This document shows, one piece after another, positions 63,376-64,000 of a stretch of 64,000 bases of DNA (positions are counted from its first letter, which is position 1; the number at the start of each line of letters is the position of its first letter). Origin of the DNA: Gammaproteobacteria bacterium (GTDB lineage: Bacteria; Pseudomonadota; Gammaproteobacteria; SZUA-152); contig JAKIUF010000002.1 in NCBI GenBank assembly GCA_021647705.1, forward strand, positions 137,295 to 201,294, in the 5' to 3' direction. Under the pieces are notes generated by a model. That model was not told where the DNA came from. It saw nothing but the letters and a program-made list of their open reading frames with translations, and ran no database searches. The translations under genes were made by a program, and so were the position numbers.

Positions 63376-63645
63376 ATGGTTAATTTTGTAAAATTATGGA
63401 ATAGCCACCCAACCGTAGAATCATTTATAGATGATTTCCCATGTAAGAAAAATGGCAAGAAGGCATTTGACAATCAGTGTGCAATTCGCATTGGAGTGGC
63501 ATTCGAAAAAACTGGTGTCAACCTTAAGTCATTCAAAGGTGCCAAATGTTGGCATAGTCATAAGCCAGCACATATTTTGCGCGCAGAAGAAATAGAAAAT
63601 TGGCTAAAAGGTCCATTTTCGCCTTTTAAAAACATAACAGAATAA
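63376..63645 (+). CDS. Tae4-like amidase effector N-terminal fragment, truncated by IS insertion
   Basis: NQCAIRIGVAFEKTG resembles the Tae4 catalytic-Cys region NACPIRMSYVLNATG; 89 aa against about 160 for full Tae4; the stop codon is supplied by the IS terminus. Confidence 0.4.
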   Translation: MVNFVKLWNSHPTVESFIDDFPCKKNGKKAFDNQCAIRIGVAFEKTGVNLKSFKGAKCWHSHKPAHILRAEEIENWLKGPFSPFKNITE

Positions 63646-64000
63646 AATAGGACACCCATCAATTAATTGACACTCTGGTCGATCCTCGTTAGATTGCAAG
63701 GCGTACAATTCACATGAAGGAGGCACGGATGCCAAAACCCCGCAAAAATCAGGTCTGCCTGGATTCAACCCCTTATTACCATTGCATCTCGCGCTGTGTA
63801 CGTCGTGCCTTTCTCTGTGGCAAAGACGAGTTCTCCGGCCAAAACTACGAACACCGGAAACAATGGGTTGTCGATAAACTCGCTGAATTAACCCGTGTTT
63901 TTTCTATCGACGTTTGTGCCTACGCTGTCATGAGTAATCATTACCATTTAGTCCTGCACATCAATCAGCCTCAAGCTTTGGCATGGTCTGATGATGAAGT
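63644..64000 (+). mobile_element. Second copy of the IS200/IS605-like element, inverted relative to copy 1, continuing beyond the window
   Basis: 63652-63728 is the reverse complement of 5481-5549; transposase ORF from 63729 almost identical to 4435..5481. Confidence 0.7.
63729..64000 (+). CDS. tnpA: HUH (Y1) transposase, partial (runs off the window)
   Basis: MPKPRKNQVCLDSTPYYHCISRCVRRAFLCGKDEFSGQNYEHRKQWVVDKLAEL.. near-identical to the copy-1 transposase. Confidence 0.7.
   Translation, partial: MPKPRKNQVCLDSTPYYHCISRCVRRAFLCGKDEFSGQNYEHRKQWVVDKLAELTRVFSIDVCAYAVMSNHYHLVLHINQPQALAWSDDE

Overview
This window reads as a gammaproteobacterial chromosome segment. The core is about 52 kb, roughly mid-50s % GC, and syntenic with housekeeping genes: an RND efflux pair, comM, coaBC-radC, a Ser/Thr kinase and phosphatase, yicC, gmk-rpoZ-spoT-ridA, a cytochrome c cluster, recG, fkpA, cysQ, tsaD, rpsU-yqeY-dnaG-rpoD, tRNA-Ile2(CAU), ubiD, a CPA2 antiporter and xthA. 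Both flanks of the core are AT-rich integron cassette arrays, each with an inactivated integron integrase gene. On the left (1-8600), the intI N-terminal fragment on + is truncated by a palindromic MITE-like repeat. Its degenerate array carries an HxlR regulator, a lysozyme-like gene with an LprI-like inhibitor, a DUF4160/DUF2442 pair, a GNAT gene, an IS200/IS605-like HUH transposase, and an ORF-bearing group II intron sitting directly after a terminator/attC-like hairpin. On the right (58916-63650), the minus-strand intI carries a frameshift. A clean attI and three attC sites there have chained cores (attI GTTAGAT; attC1 ATCTAAC..GTTAGGG; attC2 CCCTAAC..GTTATGC; attC3 GCATAAC..GTTATGC). They delimit four cassettes: (1) an unknown gene plus a secreted trypsin-like protease, (2) an unknown gene, (3) a small ORF plus an inverted SymE-like toxin, (4) a Tae4-like amidase fragment. 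The last is cut by a second, inverted copy of the same IS. A separate AT-rich island (about 46.7-54.1 kb) lies next to tRNA-Ile2 and contains a promoter with a leader peptide, a frameshifted rtcB RNA ligase, and about six tRNA or tRNA-like genes (Asn, Phe-like, Asp-like, His, Lys, Lys-like) with unusual T-loops. It also holds SPFH, HNH and ParA-like genes. I read this island as a candidate tRNA repair or supply module. Two interspersed palindromic repeat families (3 and 4 copies) and a RES-Xre toxin-antitoxin pair were also seen. All calls come from reading the sequence and the six-frame translations by eye; no database search was run.
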